61,122 bases of DNA from Gammaproteobacteria bacterium (GTDB lineage Bacteria > Pseudomonadota > Gammaproteobacteria > SG8-11): the NCBI GenBank assembly GCA_031421535.1, contig JANOOV010000391.1, forward strand, positions 1 through 61,122, read 5' to 3'. The translations under genes were made by a program, and so were the position numbers. This document shows, piece after piece, positions 18,142-27,391 of the stretch. The notes below the pieces were generated by a model. It saw only the letters and a program-made list of their open reading frames with translations, had not been told where the DNA came from and searched no databases. How positions within the stretch are numbered: the stretch's first letter is position 1; the number at the start of each line of letters is the position of its first letter.

Positions 18142-18989
18142 GACTTCTTCTCCTGGGAGGATTTTTTCTCATCGGCATCCGGGTCTGCAAAATAATAAAT
18201 GCCGATACCCGCTGCTTTACGCCCCGTGCCACCGACGCGTGGATGCACGTCGCGATCACGTTGCGCCATCCAGTGATTGATGAATTCCAGCAACACCTGA
18301 CTGCGCTCGGCAATCAACAGTCGCAGCTCTGTAACGGCTTCTTCGGACAGGTTGTCGTAATAAACCTTGCGCTGAAAATAGGGATCTTTTGCGCCGACCT
18401 GAATGTTGTGATCGATGGTTGCAATCAGCCCCGCAACGTCGGTGCCGAGAATGCCGAGTTTTTCGATCTCGCCGGTTTTCGGGATATACACGCGCTGCAC
18501 CAGGCGCAACTTGCCATCCGCCTCGCGCTCCACCAGGCCGTTGCGCAGCAGCTCGTCGAGCACCGCACGCGTCGGCATATCACCGCTGAACATTTTTACC
18601 AGCGCAGCAAAGCTGACTTCGCCGCCGTCAAAAGGTAACCGGGCAGGCTCTCCGTTCTTGGCGCAAAACTGTTTCGTATGTATCCAGCCCGAAACCACGC
18701 GCGCGGTACGATGGTATTTCTCGATCACCTCAATCGGATCGCCGATGCCTTCCAGCGCTTTCACGCGCTGCACTTCCTTGCGCGACAAGCCAGTGATCGT
18801 GGCCACCCGCGAGCTGGTCTGCTTGCGGCCGGGAACCTCGAATTCCTCCGCAACTTTCACATATTCATGTTTGGCGAGATCGGCAAAGGCGGCGTAGGGG
18901 ATGCTGTGACGCAACAACATACGAATGAGCGGCCGCAGCAGCTTCGCGACCGCATTGAAGAGTGCATGTTGCCGTTGATCGTGAGCCAT
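18138..18989 (-). CDS. Hypothetical HTH-like protein, translationally coupled to the downstream lipoprotein gene
   Basis: Putative HTH (SSRVATITGLSRKEVQRVKAL). The stop overlaps the downstream ATG (ATGA at 18138-18141). Confidence 0.5.
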   Translation of the reverse strand: MAHDQRQHALFNAVAKLLRPLIRMLLRHSIPYAAFADLAKHEYVKVAEEFEVPGRKQTSSRVATITGLSRKEVQRVKALEGIGDPIEVIEKYHRTARVVSGWIHTKQFCAKNGEPARLPFDGGEVSFAALVKMFSGDMPTRAVLDELLRNGLVEREADGKLRLVQRVYIPKTGEIEKLGILGTDVAGLIATIDHNIQVGAKDPYFQRKVYYDNLSEEAVTELRLLIAERSQVLLEFINHWMAQRDRDVHPRVGGTGRKAAGIGIYYFADPDADEKKSSQEKKS

Positions 18990-19029
18990 TCGTTACACTT
19001 TAAAGTTAAGTATTTCCTGTACCTTTGAA

Positions 19030-19047
19030 TGGGATCATATTCCCAAC
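19030..19047. promoter_or_regulatory. Candidate operator half-palindrome TGGGA-N6-TCCCAAC (copy 1)
   Basis: tgggatcatattcccaac in the divergent intergenic region 18990-19218. Confidence 0.4.
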
Positions 19048-19136
19048 CTTAGGTACAGCACAAGCTGCGCAGCTTTGATACATAGCACTCATTTCTTCCA
19101 TATAAATAATTTTACCTCTTGACCTCGGGCATAGTT

Positions 19137-19154
19137 TGGGAAAACAATCCCAAC
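19137..19154. promoter_or_regulatory. Candidate operator half-palindrome TGGGA-N6-TCCCAAC (copy 2)
   Basis: tgggaaaacaatcccaac, 107 bp from copy 1. It lies just downstream of a TTGACC hexamer at 19119-19124. Confidence 0.4.
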
Positions 19155-19218
19155 ATTGCTTTACAGCGCAATACAACAACCTCGCATTACGAAATGCGTC
19201 ATCTCAAGGAGAATATCC

Positions 19219-20478
19219 ATGCACACCTTCCAACTTAAAACCATTACCCTGGCCGTTTTCGGCGCGTTGATCCTTGCTGGCTGCGGCGCGGATTCTACCG
19301 GTAAAGATGCTTCTGGTAAAAACGCTGCAACCCGTCTACAACACGCCGGCGTCATCACCGGCTTCGGCAGCGTGTTTGTTAATGGTGTTAAATACGAAAC
19401 TGGCCGCAGCAGCGTCACGCTGGATGGTGTCGCCAGTAGCGAAAGCACTCTGAAAGTTGGCATGGTAGTCACATTGGAAGGCGATGTGAATGACGATGGC
19501 GTCACCGGCACCGCAACCAGCATCCAGTATGCGGATGAGCTCGAAGGCACCGTCAGCGCCATGAATATCGCGCTGGACGGCACCGGAACACTGACCGTCA
19601 TGGGTCAGACCGTCACCATCGATAGCGCCACGGTATTTGAAAGTGACATCGTTTCGGTCACCGCCATCGGCAACATTGCGGTGGGCAATATCGTGGAAGT
19701 CAGCGGTTATTCTGCGGGCAGCGGCAGCATCCTTGCCACGCGCGTGGAAGTGAAAAAAGCCATCAAGGAGCCCGGTGACGAAATCGAACTGAAAGGTGTG
19801 ATTGCCGGTCTTGATACGACCGCCAAGACCTTCATGCTCGGCGCGTTGATGGTCCACTACGGCGATGCAAAAGTTGAGCACACTCCCGCCAACGGCCTGT
19901 ACGTGCAAGTGAAGAGCACCACCACCCCCAGCGCCGACAACATGCTGACGGCATCGAAAGTGGAAGTTGAAGGCGACGGCGACACCAGCATGGACGGCGA
20001 AACCGGCGCTGAATTCGAACTGGAAGGCATCGTCACGTCGATCGTATCAAGCACGGAGTTCGTGCTGAACGGCCAGCATGTTCTGGTCGATCCGGGCAAG
20101 ACCGAATTTGAACACGGCTCCGCAACTGACATCATCCTGAATGCCAAACTCGAAGTGGAAGGCACGCTGAATGCCGACGGCAAACTGGTGGCCGATGAAA
20201 TCGAGTTCCGCATCGCAGGCAAGGTCGGATTCGAAGGATTCCTGGAAAGCGTCGATGTGACGGCGGGCACCGTCACGCTGCGCGGCAAAACCATCAAAGT
20301 GAATAACCTCACCGTGATGATCGACAAACGCGATGAAAACGGCGTGATTCCGGAACATTTTTTTGATCTTACCGATCTCATCGCAGGCCAACGCATCCAG
20401 GTAAAAGCCTACGCCGATGCTGGCGGCGCACTGATTGCGACACTGCTCAAACGCGAAAACGGCACGGTGCCTCGGTAA
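19219..20478 (+). CDS. DUF5666-type repeat lipoprotein (paralog of 16741..18141)
   Basis: AAGGAG sits 8 nt before the ATG at 19219. Lipobox LILAGC, then the same module pattern as the paralog (GVITGFGSVFVNGVKYETG ..., VEVSG, VEVEG). Confidence 0.7.
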   Translation: MHTFQLKTITLAVFGALILAGCGADSTGKDASGKNAATRLQHAGVITGFGSVFVNGVKYETGRSSVTLDGVASSESTLKVGMVVTLEGDVNDDGVTGTATSIQYADELEGTVSAMNIALDGTGTLTVMGQTVTIDSATVFESDIVSVTAIGNIAVGNIVEVSGYSAGSGSILATRVEVKKAIKEPGDEIELKGVIAGLDTTAKTFMLGALMVHYGDAKVEHTPANGLYVQVKSTTTPSADNMLTASKVEVEGDGDTSMDGETGAEFELEGIVTSIVSSTEFVLNGQHVLVDPGKTEFEHGSATDIILNAKLEVEGTLNADGKLVADEIEFRIAGKVGFEGFLESVDVTAGTVTLRGKTIKVNNLTVMIDKRDENGVIPEHFFDLTDLIAGQRIQVKAYADAGGALIATLLKRENGTVPR

Positions 20479-20520
20479 CCGTAAGCGGCTGTTGCCGATA
20501 AATTTCTCGTCCTCCTTGAC

Positions 20521-20550
20521 GGGCGGCGCTGATGCGCCGCCCGTTTTTTT
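20521..20550 (+). terminator. Rho-independent terminator
   Basis: gggcggcgc-tgat-gcgccgccc followed by gttttttt. Confidence 0.8.
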
Positions 20551-20717
20551 GCCTGACTTGTAATCAAGGAACCTCATATAAGACAGACCGGCACCTGAGC
20601 AAGCCCGCTGATTCAAATCCAGATCATCTGCTGCGTAAATTCCAAAAATGTCTACACCTACGTCCTGGGTACGGCAACACACAGACACCCCATCCGCAGA
20701 CGCTTAGTCTGCGTCTC

Positions 20718-22199
20718 ATGAATACTTCAGAAAAATCTTTGGGCAGTCTAACGGCGCGATCCATGCCACGCAGATCGAATCGCAAGATGGCTTCTTTAGC
20801 CAGCGATCTACTTCCGCTATGTGATTTTTTGTGCCTCCTCCTCGCGGCCTTCCTCAGCACGTTGCTCTATACCTATTGGCTGGCGCCGTTGAGCCTCGCT
20901 TCCGGTGTTGGCAATGAATTCGATCAGGCAACGTGGGTTGCGGCGGTGCTGGCGGCGTTCATTCTTTATGACCGGCGTTTCGGCGCAGCCGCAAGTGGTG
21001 GCCAAATGTCATTGCTGGTTCGTTCTTATGCCCTGCGCTTTACGCTGTTTGTCGGCGTGACCCTGGCGTTGGGCGGAATCAGTCAAGTACTGGAATATTT
21101 TCCGGGCGGCTGGCTGGCGATGTGGTTTGCGACCAGCCTGCTGCTGACCTCGCTCACACGGGTACTGGTCGCCAAGGTTGTGCGCCGCTTGCAACAGCAA
21201 GGCGCGTCAACCGAAGTCATCGCCGTGGTCGGCGCCGGCCCGGTGGCGGACCGCCTGATCCAGTCGCTGCGTCAAACCCGGCCGGAGGCCATCGAGCTGC
21301 TGGGCGTCTTTGATGACAAAAGTTTTAGTTCGACGCTCGGCGGGATTAAACCCACCGGCACCCTCGCGCAACTCATCGAGCTGGGCAAGACCCGCAAGAT
21401 CGATTGGATTCTGTTGACGCTGCCGCCCACTGCCGAGCAGCGGGTGTTGTCAATGGTGCAGCGCTTGAAGACTTTGGCGGTGCCCATCGGGCTGTGTCCG
21501 CAACACATGGAATTGGCCGGGTCGCATCGCAGCATCAATTACGTGGGCGGCAGCGTGCCGGTGAGTTTGCTGGCGGATCGCCCGATCCAGCGCTGGGATG
21601 CGGTGCTTAAAGCGGCGGAAGATTTTTTAATCGGCGGGATCATTACGCTGCTGCTGTTACCGGTGCTGGCGATCATCGCGCTGGCGATCAAGATCGACAG
21701 CCCGGGGCCGGTCATTTTCAAACAGCGGCGGCACGCGTTTAACAACCACGAATTCGATATTTATAAATTTCGCAGCATGCGTTGGAACCCTGCGCCCGCG
21801 ACCGGCGACCTGCAGCAAACCAGCCGTGATGATGCACGCTTCACGCGCTTGGGCCGCTTCCTGCGCGCGTCGAGCCTGGATGAGCTCCCGCAACTTTTTA
21901 ACGTACTCAAAGGCGACATGTCACTGGTCGGGCCGCGACCGCATGCAGTCAACATGCGCACCGAAGATCGTCTGGGTCATGAAATCACCGGCACCTACGC
22001 CCACCGCCATCGCGTCAAACCCGGCATGACCGGATGGTCGCAAGTCAATGGCGCGCGCGGCGCGACCGATACCACCGCGCAGTTGCGCCGTCGCGTGGAG
22101 CTGGATTTGCACTACATCGAAAACTGGTCGCTGCTACTGGATCTGAAAATTCTGGTACTGACCTGCCGCGAAGTCGTCAAGCGCACTAACGCGTATTAG
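20718..22199 (+). CDS. Undecaprenyl-phosphate hexose-1-phosphate transferase (large WbaP/WcaJ/EpsB-type initiating enzyme)
   Basis: N-terminal TM bundle, a Rossmann-like loop (VIAVVGAGPVADRL) and a C-terminal bacterial sugar-transferase domain (DSPGPVIFKQRR ... YKFRSM ... LDELPQLFNVLKGDMSLVGPRP ... KPGMTGWSQV). The start at 20718 is chosen by length match to the paralog. Confidence 0.85.
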   Translation: MNTSEKSLGSLTARSMPRRSNRKMASLASDLLPLCDFLCLLLAAFLSTLLYTYWLAPLSLASGVGNEFDQATWVAAVLAAFILYDRRFGAAASGGQMSLLVRSYALRFTLFVGVTLALGGISQVLEYFPGGWLAMWFATSLLLTSLTRVLVAKVVRRLQQQGASTEVIAVVGAGPVADRLIQSLRQTRPEAIELLGVFDDKSFSSTLGGIKPTGTLAQLIELGKTRKIDWILLTLPPTAEQRVLSMVQRLKTLAVPIGLCPQHMELAGSHRSINYVGGSVPVSLLADRPIQRWDAVLKAAEDFLIGGIITLLLLPVLAIIALAIKIDSPGPVIFKQRRHAFNNHEFDIYKFRSMRWNPAPATGDLQQTSRDDARFTRLGRFLRASSLDELPQLFNVLKGDMSLVGPRPHAVNMRTEDRLGHEITGTYAHRHRVKPGMTGWSQVNGARGATDTTAQLRRRVELDLHYIENWSLLLDLKILVLTCREVVKRTNAY

Positions 22200-22209
22200 G
22201 AATGGAACG

Positions 22210-22235
22210 GCGGGGCGCCGCCCCGCTATTCATTT
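22210..22235 (+). terminator. Weak candidate terminator hairpin
   Basis: gcggggc-gcc-gccccgc followed by a T-poor tail (tattcattt). Confidence 0.3.
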
Positions 22236-22256
22236 AATTGGTAAGGAGAAAACACC

Positions 22257-24056
22257 ATGTCACATCAAAATACTACCCGCTTGCTGCCGCTCATCGCAGG
22301 AAGCGTATTACTGAGCCTGCTCACCGCCTGTGGCAGCAGCAATGGCAGTGGTGATATCCCACCCGCCCAAGGAAACTTACCGGCGACACCGACTCTGAGC
22401 ATCGCTTCCAGCATCAAACAAATGCATTTCTCGTGGAAGGCCGTAAGCGATGCGACGTATTACAAAATTTATCAAAACCTGGATGGCGCTTCAGGCTTCA
22501 CGCAAATGGGCGAGAACATCACCGCCATGTCGCATGATCATGAGCTTGCTGTTCACCGGCAAAATTGGTCGGCAGCGCGCTATCTTCTGGAAGCGTGCAA
22601 TGCCGCCAGTTGTACCGCCTCCCACGAAGTAAACACTCTGGGCGCGGTATTACAGGCGATTGGTTACTTCAAGGCATCCAACACCAATACCTACGACAAC
22701 TTTGCGACCGCCATCGCCTTGAGTAGCGACGGCAGCACCCTCGCGGTAGGCGCACCGGGCGAGTCCAGCGGTGCAACCGGCGTCAACGGCGATCAAGGCA
22801 ATAGCCCCAGTGCTGACCGCTCCGGTGCCGTTTATATTTTTACCCGCCGGGACAATGTCTGGTCGCAACAGGCTTATATCAAAGCCTCTAACACTTCAGC
22901 AGGTGACTTCTTCGGCCGCTCAATTGCTTTAAGCAGCGACGGCCACACGCTCGCGGTGGGCGCCTATTTAGAAGACAGCCCCGGCACCGGGATCAACGGC
23001 AATCAAGGCGGTATTGCCGACAATAATTCCAATGCCGGCGCCGCCTATGTCTTTACCCGCAGCGGCAGCGCTTGGTCGCAACAGGCTTATGTAAAAGCCT
23101 CGAACACCAAAGCCAACGCCTACTTCGGTCACGCCGTTTCTTTAAACGGCGATGGCAACACACTGGCGGTGGGCGCCATCGGTGAAAACACCGGCGGTTT
23201 GGGCGCAGGCGCCGTGTATGTTTTTACCCGTAATGCAGGTGCCTGGTCGCAACAAACTTTTGTAACAGCCTCCAACGCTGGAGCCAATGATGCCTTCGGT
23301 ACGTCGCTCGCTTTGAGTAGCGACGGCCACACTCTGGCTATAGGCGCCACCGGTGAATCCAGCAGCGCCACCGGCATCAACGGTGATCAAAGCCGCACCG
23401 CTCCCACGTATTCCGGCGCGGTCTATGTGTTTACCAGCAGCGCAAACAGCTGGTCGCAACAGGCCTACGTGAAGGCTTCCAATACCGGGCCTTACAACTA
23501 CTTCGGTTCCGCTGTTGCTTTAAGCGGCGATGGCAACAGGCTGGCCGTCGCCGCCAACGCCGAAGAAAGTGTCGCGACCGGCATCGACGGCAATCAAGCC
23601 GATAACAGTGCTGGCGGTGCGGGCGCCGTTTATGTCTTTACCCGCGACGTAAGTGCCTGGTCGCAACAAGCCTATGTAAAAGCCTCCAACACGGCGGCAA
23701 CCCATGCCTTTGGCAGCTCGCTGGGTTTCAGCAGCGACGGCAACACACTGGCGGTGGGAGCCCTTGGCGAAGCCAGCGCCGCCGCAGGCACCAGCGGCAA
23801 TCAAACCGATAACAGCAGTGGCTATGCTGGTGCGGTTTACGTCTTTACCCACAGCGGCAGTTCCTGGTCTCAACAAAATTATGTCAAGGCTACCAATACC
23901 AGCGCCGATGACTACTTCGGCGCCTCCATTGCGCTAAGCGGCGACGGCAACACGCTCGCGGTGGGCGCCTTCGGTGAAGATAGCGTCGCGACCGGCATGG
24001 GCGGTGATCAAGCCGACAACTCGGCCGCAAATGCGGGTGCGGTCTATCTTTATTGA
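22257..24056 (+). CDS. Lipoprotein with seven FG-GAP/integrin-alpha-like repeats (predicted beta-propeller)
   Basis: AAGGAG RBS and lipobox LLTAC. Seven units of roughly 57 aa follow the pattern ASNT..D.FG.S(I/V)ALS.DG.TLAVGA..E.S..TGING.Q.DNS...AGAVYVFTR....WSQQAY. Confidence 0.75.
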   Translation: MSHQNTTRLLPLIAGSVLLSLLTACGSSNGSGDIPPAQGNLPATPTLSIASSIKQMHFSWKAVSDATYYKIYQNLDGASGFTQMGENITAMSHDHELAVHRQNWSAARYLLEACNAASCTASHEVNTLGAVLQAIGYFKASNTNTYDNFATAIALSSDGSTLAVGAPGESSGATGVNGDQGNSPSADRSGAVYIFTRRDNVWSQQAYIKASNTSAGDFFGRSIALSSDGHTLAVGAYLEDSPGTGINGNQGGIADNNSNAGAAYVFTRSGSAWSQQAYVKASNTKANAYFGHAVSLNGDGNTLAVGAIGENTGGLGAGAVYVFTRNAGAWSQQTFVTASNAGANDAFGTSLALSSDGHTLAIGATGESSSATGINGDQSRTAPTYSGAVYVFTSSANSWSQQAYVKASNTGPYNYFGSAVALSGDGNRLAVAANAEESVATGIDGNQADNSAGGAGAVYVFTRDVSAWSQQAYVKASNTAATHAFGSSLGFSSDGNTLAVGALGEASAAAGTSGNQTDNSSGYAGAVYVFTHSGSSWSQQNYVKATNTSADDYFGASIALSGDGNTLAVGAFGEDSVATGMGGDQADNSAANAGAVYLY

Positions 24057-24190
24057 TGCAGTCCGACGTGCTTCGACAAGAACCTTGTTGAAGCCCTCTG
24101 GAGTGGACAGACATTAGGATAACTCGGGGGTAACGACACCCCGCTGCGTTTCACCAACTTGTGCCGAAGATGTCGGCACCCACATTTCAC

Positions 24191-26878
24191 ATGGAGGTGA
24201 ACGTGCTCACGCTATCTGCTTTCCGTCATTGTTGGATTATCGCGCTTTCGTGTGCGCTTTATGTCATGACCGTGCCCGCCCAGGCACAAACCATCACTAT
24301 CCCGCTTACGGAACTCGTGGGAGTGCCCAATGCGGCGGGATCGCCCGGTACGGCGATTAACCAATATCTGGCCAACCAACTCAAGAAACAGTTCGACGCT
24401 CTGGGATTCGATACCAACAGCGCCCTGGTGTTTGGTGAAGTGGCGCTTGATGAATTCCGCGAGACACTTGCCACCGTGTGTCCCATACCGTTGCCTAAAG
24501 AAGTACATATCGATGCGAGCGTCGCGCATATTGTCTTCGACAGTCATTCCGGATTAGCTCTCAACGTCCCGGCATTGCAAAACATCACTGTCACTGCGCG
24601 TATCAGCGGCCGCATCGATACCCAAGCGCCTGCCCAGGTGACGTGGGGGCAAGCGATTCCGTTCGCCGGTAATTGTAAAAGTATCGCAACCGACGACGGC
24701 ATGATCGCGGTGTCCCTGCCGTTTTCGATGGTGCTGACCGCAGACGTGAGTCTTGAGCCGCGTTACGACGAAGCGCAGGTGGCGATCATCGTGAATAAAA
24801 ACGCCGTGGTGTCCGGCGGCGTGTCGTTTGGCACAGGAAGTATCAATGCCGATTTCGGTAACGCCTCGCCTACTGAATCCATCATCAACGTATTTGAAGA
24901 TTACTTGTTGAAAGAACTGAAGCGCACCGCAGAGCAGAAATTTTCCGAAAAACGGAGAGTTCTAAACCACCGGTTAAACGGGCTCGATGCGAATGGCAAT
25001 CCTGACCCCTCGATTGAAGCGTTTAATCAGCCGTCGGTGTTCGCAGTCGAAGACACCCCACAAAACCAAGAAGCGGTGCGCGCACTACTGCGTGCGTTTG
25101 ATGTTCCTGAAATCATAACGGAGATCCTGGGGACCCAGGGCGCGGAAATACTGTTGCGGCTCGCCACCATGAATGAGAGCGAACGCAAAGCCTATCTTGC
25201 CGAGCTGGGCGCGGGCATCGGGTGCGACGCGTTGTTGCGCAAATATGAATTACCTTTGCCACAAAAAACGCTTTACGTAAAAAGCGCGAACAGCTGTTTA
25301 GCGGCGGATCTGTATGGCGCCGATGCTGGACAATATTTTATGGACGACGCCTGCACGCAGGAAGTCGCGTTTCGTCCCACGACTCCGGCGGAGTTTTGCG
25401 CGGAACGAACCGGCGAGCGCGAGAAAGTCGAATTGGGCAACGCCGCATGGACACCCGATAGCGGGCAAGCGAACGATCCATTGCCGCAAATTCCCAGCAA
25501 GAAATGGACGACGCTGCCATCGACCCGGCTGGGAATCGGCGTCGTCACCGCCAACGATACGCCGCAACCCTTCGTCAAACAGGTGCGCTACAAAACCATA
25601 CCAGGCATCCCGCGCGGCAACGGAACTTGCCAGCTTGAAATGCGCATGTATAAAAACGACATCACGGCGGCGAATCTGAAACCGATGCTCGCGCTCCACG
25701 GCGGAACCTGGAGCGGCCGTGGTTTCTCGGTGTTGGGATTGGAGGCGACCGTGCGCATGTTCACGGCACAGGGATTTGTTGTTTTCGCTCCATTTTACCG
25801 CTTGATTGGGGATTCCGACGGCAACGCAGAGTGCAATCGCGTGAGCTGGCGTGAAGTCACTGAAGACGTGCAGGACGCGCTGCGCTGGGTGGTGCAAAAC
25901 GGCCCGGCATTTGGAGCGCGACAGGAGAAGGTCACGCTGTTTGGCCAATCGGCAGGCGCGCATTTGGCGGCTTGGCTCGCGACGCATGATCCGGCGGCGG
26001 TAAAAAAGTCCGTGTTGTTTTATCCGGCCCTCGATCTATTTGAATTTCTCGACGGCGCTGTTCCGGCGGGCGGACGCTATGCAGCGTTTCGCGGTTTCGG
26101 CTTGAAGACCATCGCCAACTTGTTTGGCTCCAGCAACGGCAATATCGAAATCCGATTGGAGGACATCGACTTAGGCGCAATCGATCCCGCACGCCTCACT
26201 GCCGGTATCGAGGCCCATATTCCGGATCGCGTTTTCAACTTGGGCAGCGTTAACACGGCCAGTCCGCCACCCTACCTGGCGCGTTGCGTGGCGCTCACCG
26301 TAACCGATCTCGCGCGCGTTGATCTGCTCAGCCCACCGCCCGAGTTACTGCGGTGTTTGAAACAAGATCTAAGCGAATTCCTGGTCGCAAATTCGTTCAA
26401 TCATCAAATCAGCGGCAATGTCGCGCCTATCTTCATCGTTCACGGAACGAGCGACACGCTGGTGCCGCATGCGCAAGCCATCAACTTATGCAATGCCCGT
26501 GACGGCGGTACGCGCCCGGTTGACGTTACCGCTCCCGGCCTAAGGTATACGTGCGGGACAGCAGATGAAATTCGCGTGATCAGCGGCGCGCAACATGCGT
26601 TGGATTTGGGTCTTTGTTTCGGGACGGTGTGTCCTGCGGGTGCGCCCGGGAGCATCATGCGCACGGAGGTCTCTGCCGCACTGACTTCAGCATATCAGTG
26701 GGCGGGGATAGAGACCGCACTACCAACCGATACGGCGACCGACATCGCTGGCAACACAAATGCGTCAGATGTAACGAGTCGCAAGCGCGGCGGCGGCGCA
26801 TTGTCCATTTTTGTCTTCTTGATCGCGCTTGGGCTAGTCTGGAAAAAGTGGATGCCGTCGTTGAAGCAGGATGCTTGA
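24191..26878 (+). CDS. Secreted alpha/beta-hydrolase (esterase/lipase fold) with a large N-terminal domain and a GlyGly-CTERM-like tail
   Basis: Signal peptide (...VPAQAQT). Nucleophile elbow FGQSAGAH after HGGTWSGRG, and the late segment FIVHGTSDTLVP. The protein ends RGGGALSIFVFLIALGLVWKKW.... Confidence 0.7.
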   Translation: MEVNVLTLSAFRHCWIIALSCALYVMTVPAQAQTITIPLTELVGVPNAAGSPGTAINQYLANQLKKQFDALGFDTNSALVFGEVALDEFRETLATVCPIPLPKEVHIDASVAHIVFDSHSGLALNVPALQNITVTARISGRIDTQAPAQVTWGQAIPFAGNCKSIATDDGMIAVSLPFSMVLTADVSLEPRYDEAQVAIIVNKNAVVSGGVSFGTGSINADFGNASPTESIINVFEDYLLKELKRTAEQKFSEKRRVLNHRLNGLDANGNPDPSIEAFNQPSVFAVEDTPQNQEAVRALLRAFDVPEIITEILGTQGAEILLRLATMNESERKAYLAELGAGIGCDALLRKYELPLPQKTLYVKSANSCLAADLYGADAGQYFMDDACTQEVAFRPTTPAEFCAERTGEREKVELGNAAWTPDSGQANDPLPQIPSKKWTTLPSTRLGIGVVTANDTPQPFVKQVRYKTIPGIPRGNGTCQLEMRMYKNDITAANLKPMLALHGGTWSGRGFSVLGLEATVRMFTAQGFVVFAPFYRLIGDSDGNAECNRVSWREVTEDVQDALRWVVQNGPAFGARQEKVTLFGQSAGAHLAAWLATHDPAAVKKSVLFYPALDLFEFLDGAVPAGGRYAAFRGFGLKTIANLFGSSNGNIEIRLEDIDLGAIDPARLTAGIEAHIPDRVFNLGSVNTASPPPYLARCVALTVTDLARVDLLSPPPELLRCLKQDLSEFLVANSFNHQISGNVAPIFIVHGTSDTLVPHAQAINLCNARDGGTRPVDVTAPGLRYTCGTADEIRVISGAQHALDLGLCFGTVCPAGAPGSIMRTEVSAALTSAYQWAGIETALPTDTATDIAGNTNASDVTSRKRGGGALSIFVFLIALGLVWKKWMPSLKQDA

Positions 26879-27391
26879 GCAACGGCTGGGGATGCTCATC
26901 TTATGGGTCGAAATCCTGAAATCTGTCCGCTGCTCTTTCGTGTACACCCGCCCCGGTATCTTTTCCCACGACCCGGCACTGATTCCCCACCGCGTTGACT
27001 TTACGCGGGGAGGGGGAAAGTCGGCGCCGACGCGAATCACATCGCACGCCTCCTTGTTAAATCTCATTTTACTGCAACGATAGCGTCCGCTTATTTGAAC
27101 CTGCCGCGTTTTTTTGAGGCCGTTGTCGCAGACGTTATGCTCACAAAAACACCCGGTTTTCTGGACCCATCTTATTCATCCCCATCGACCTCTGTTGTCG
27201 CCACGCAGTAAAAAATCTCGGTAGCAAACTCACTCACAGCGGATTGCCGTGAGTTGATGACAAGCGCCCCCTTCAGAACATCCATGTGCGCCAGCGTACT
27301 GAGTATGGCGACGCACAGACGCTGAATTTCTCGAAGCCTATCTTCAATTCCTGAACTCAATCAACCCACCTTTCTATCGAGCGAACGCGCC

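Noticed and set aside
26779-26878. PEP-CTERM sorting signals on the secreted enzymes of the EPS locus
   Set aside because: No Pro-Glu-Pro motif precedes the terminal helix in either protein. The Gly-Gly motif plus helix plus basic tail fits GlyGly-CTERM better, so the PEP-CTERM/exosortase interpretation was dropped.
27172-27360. 62-aa ORF (minus strand) upstream of the GT26 chimera
   Set aside because: It begins with TTG, has no obvious RBS and matches no recognisable family. The evidence is insufficient to call a gene, although a small helical protein cannot be excluded.
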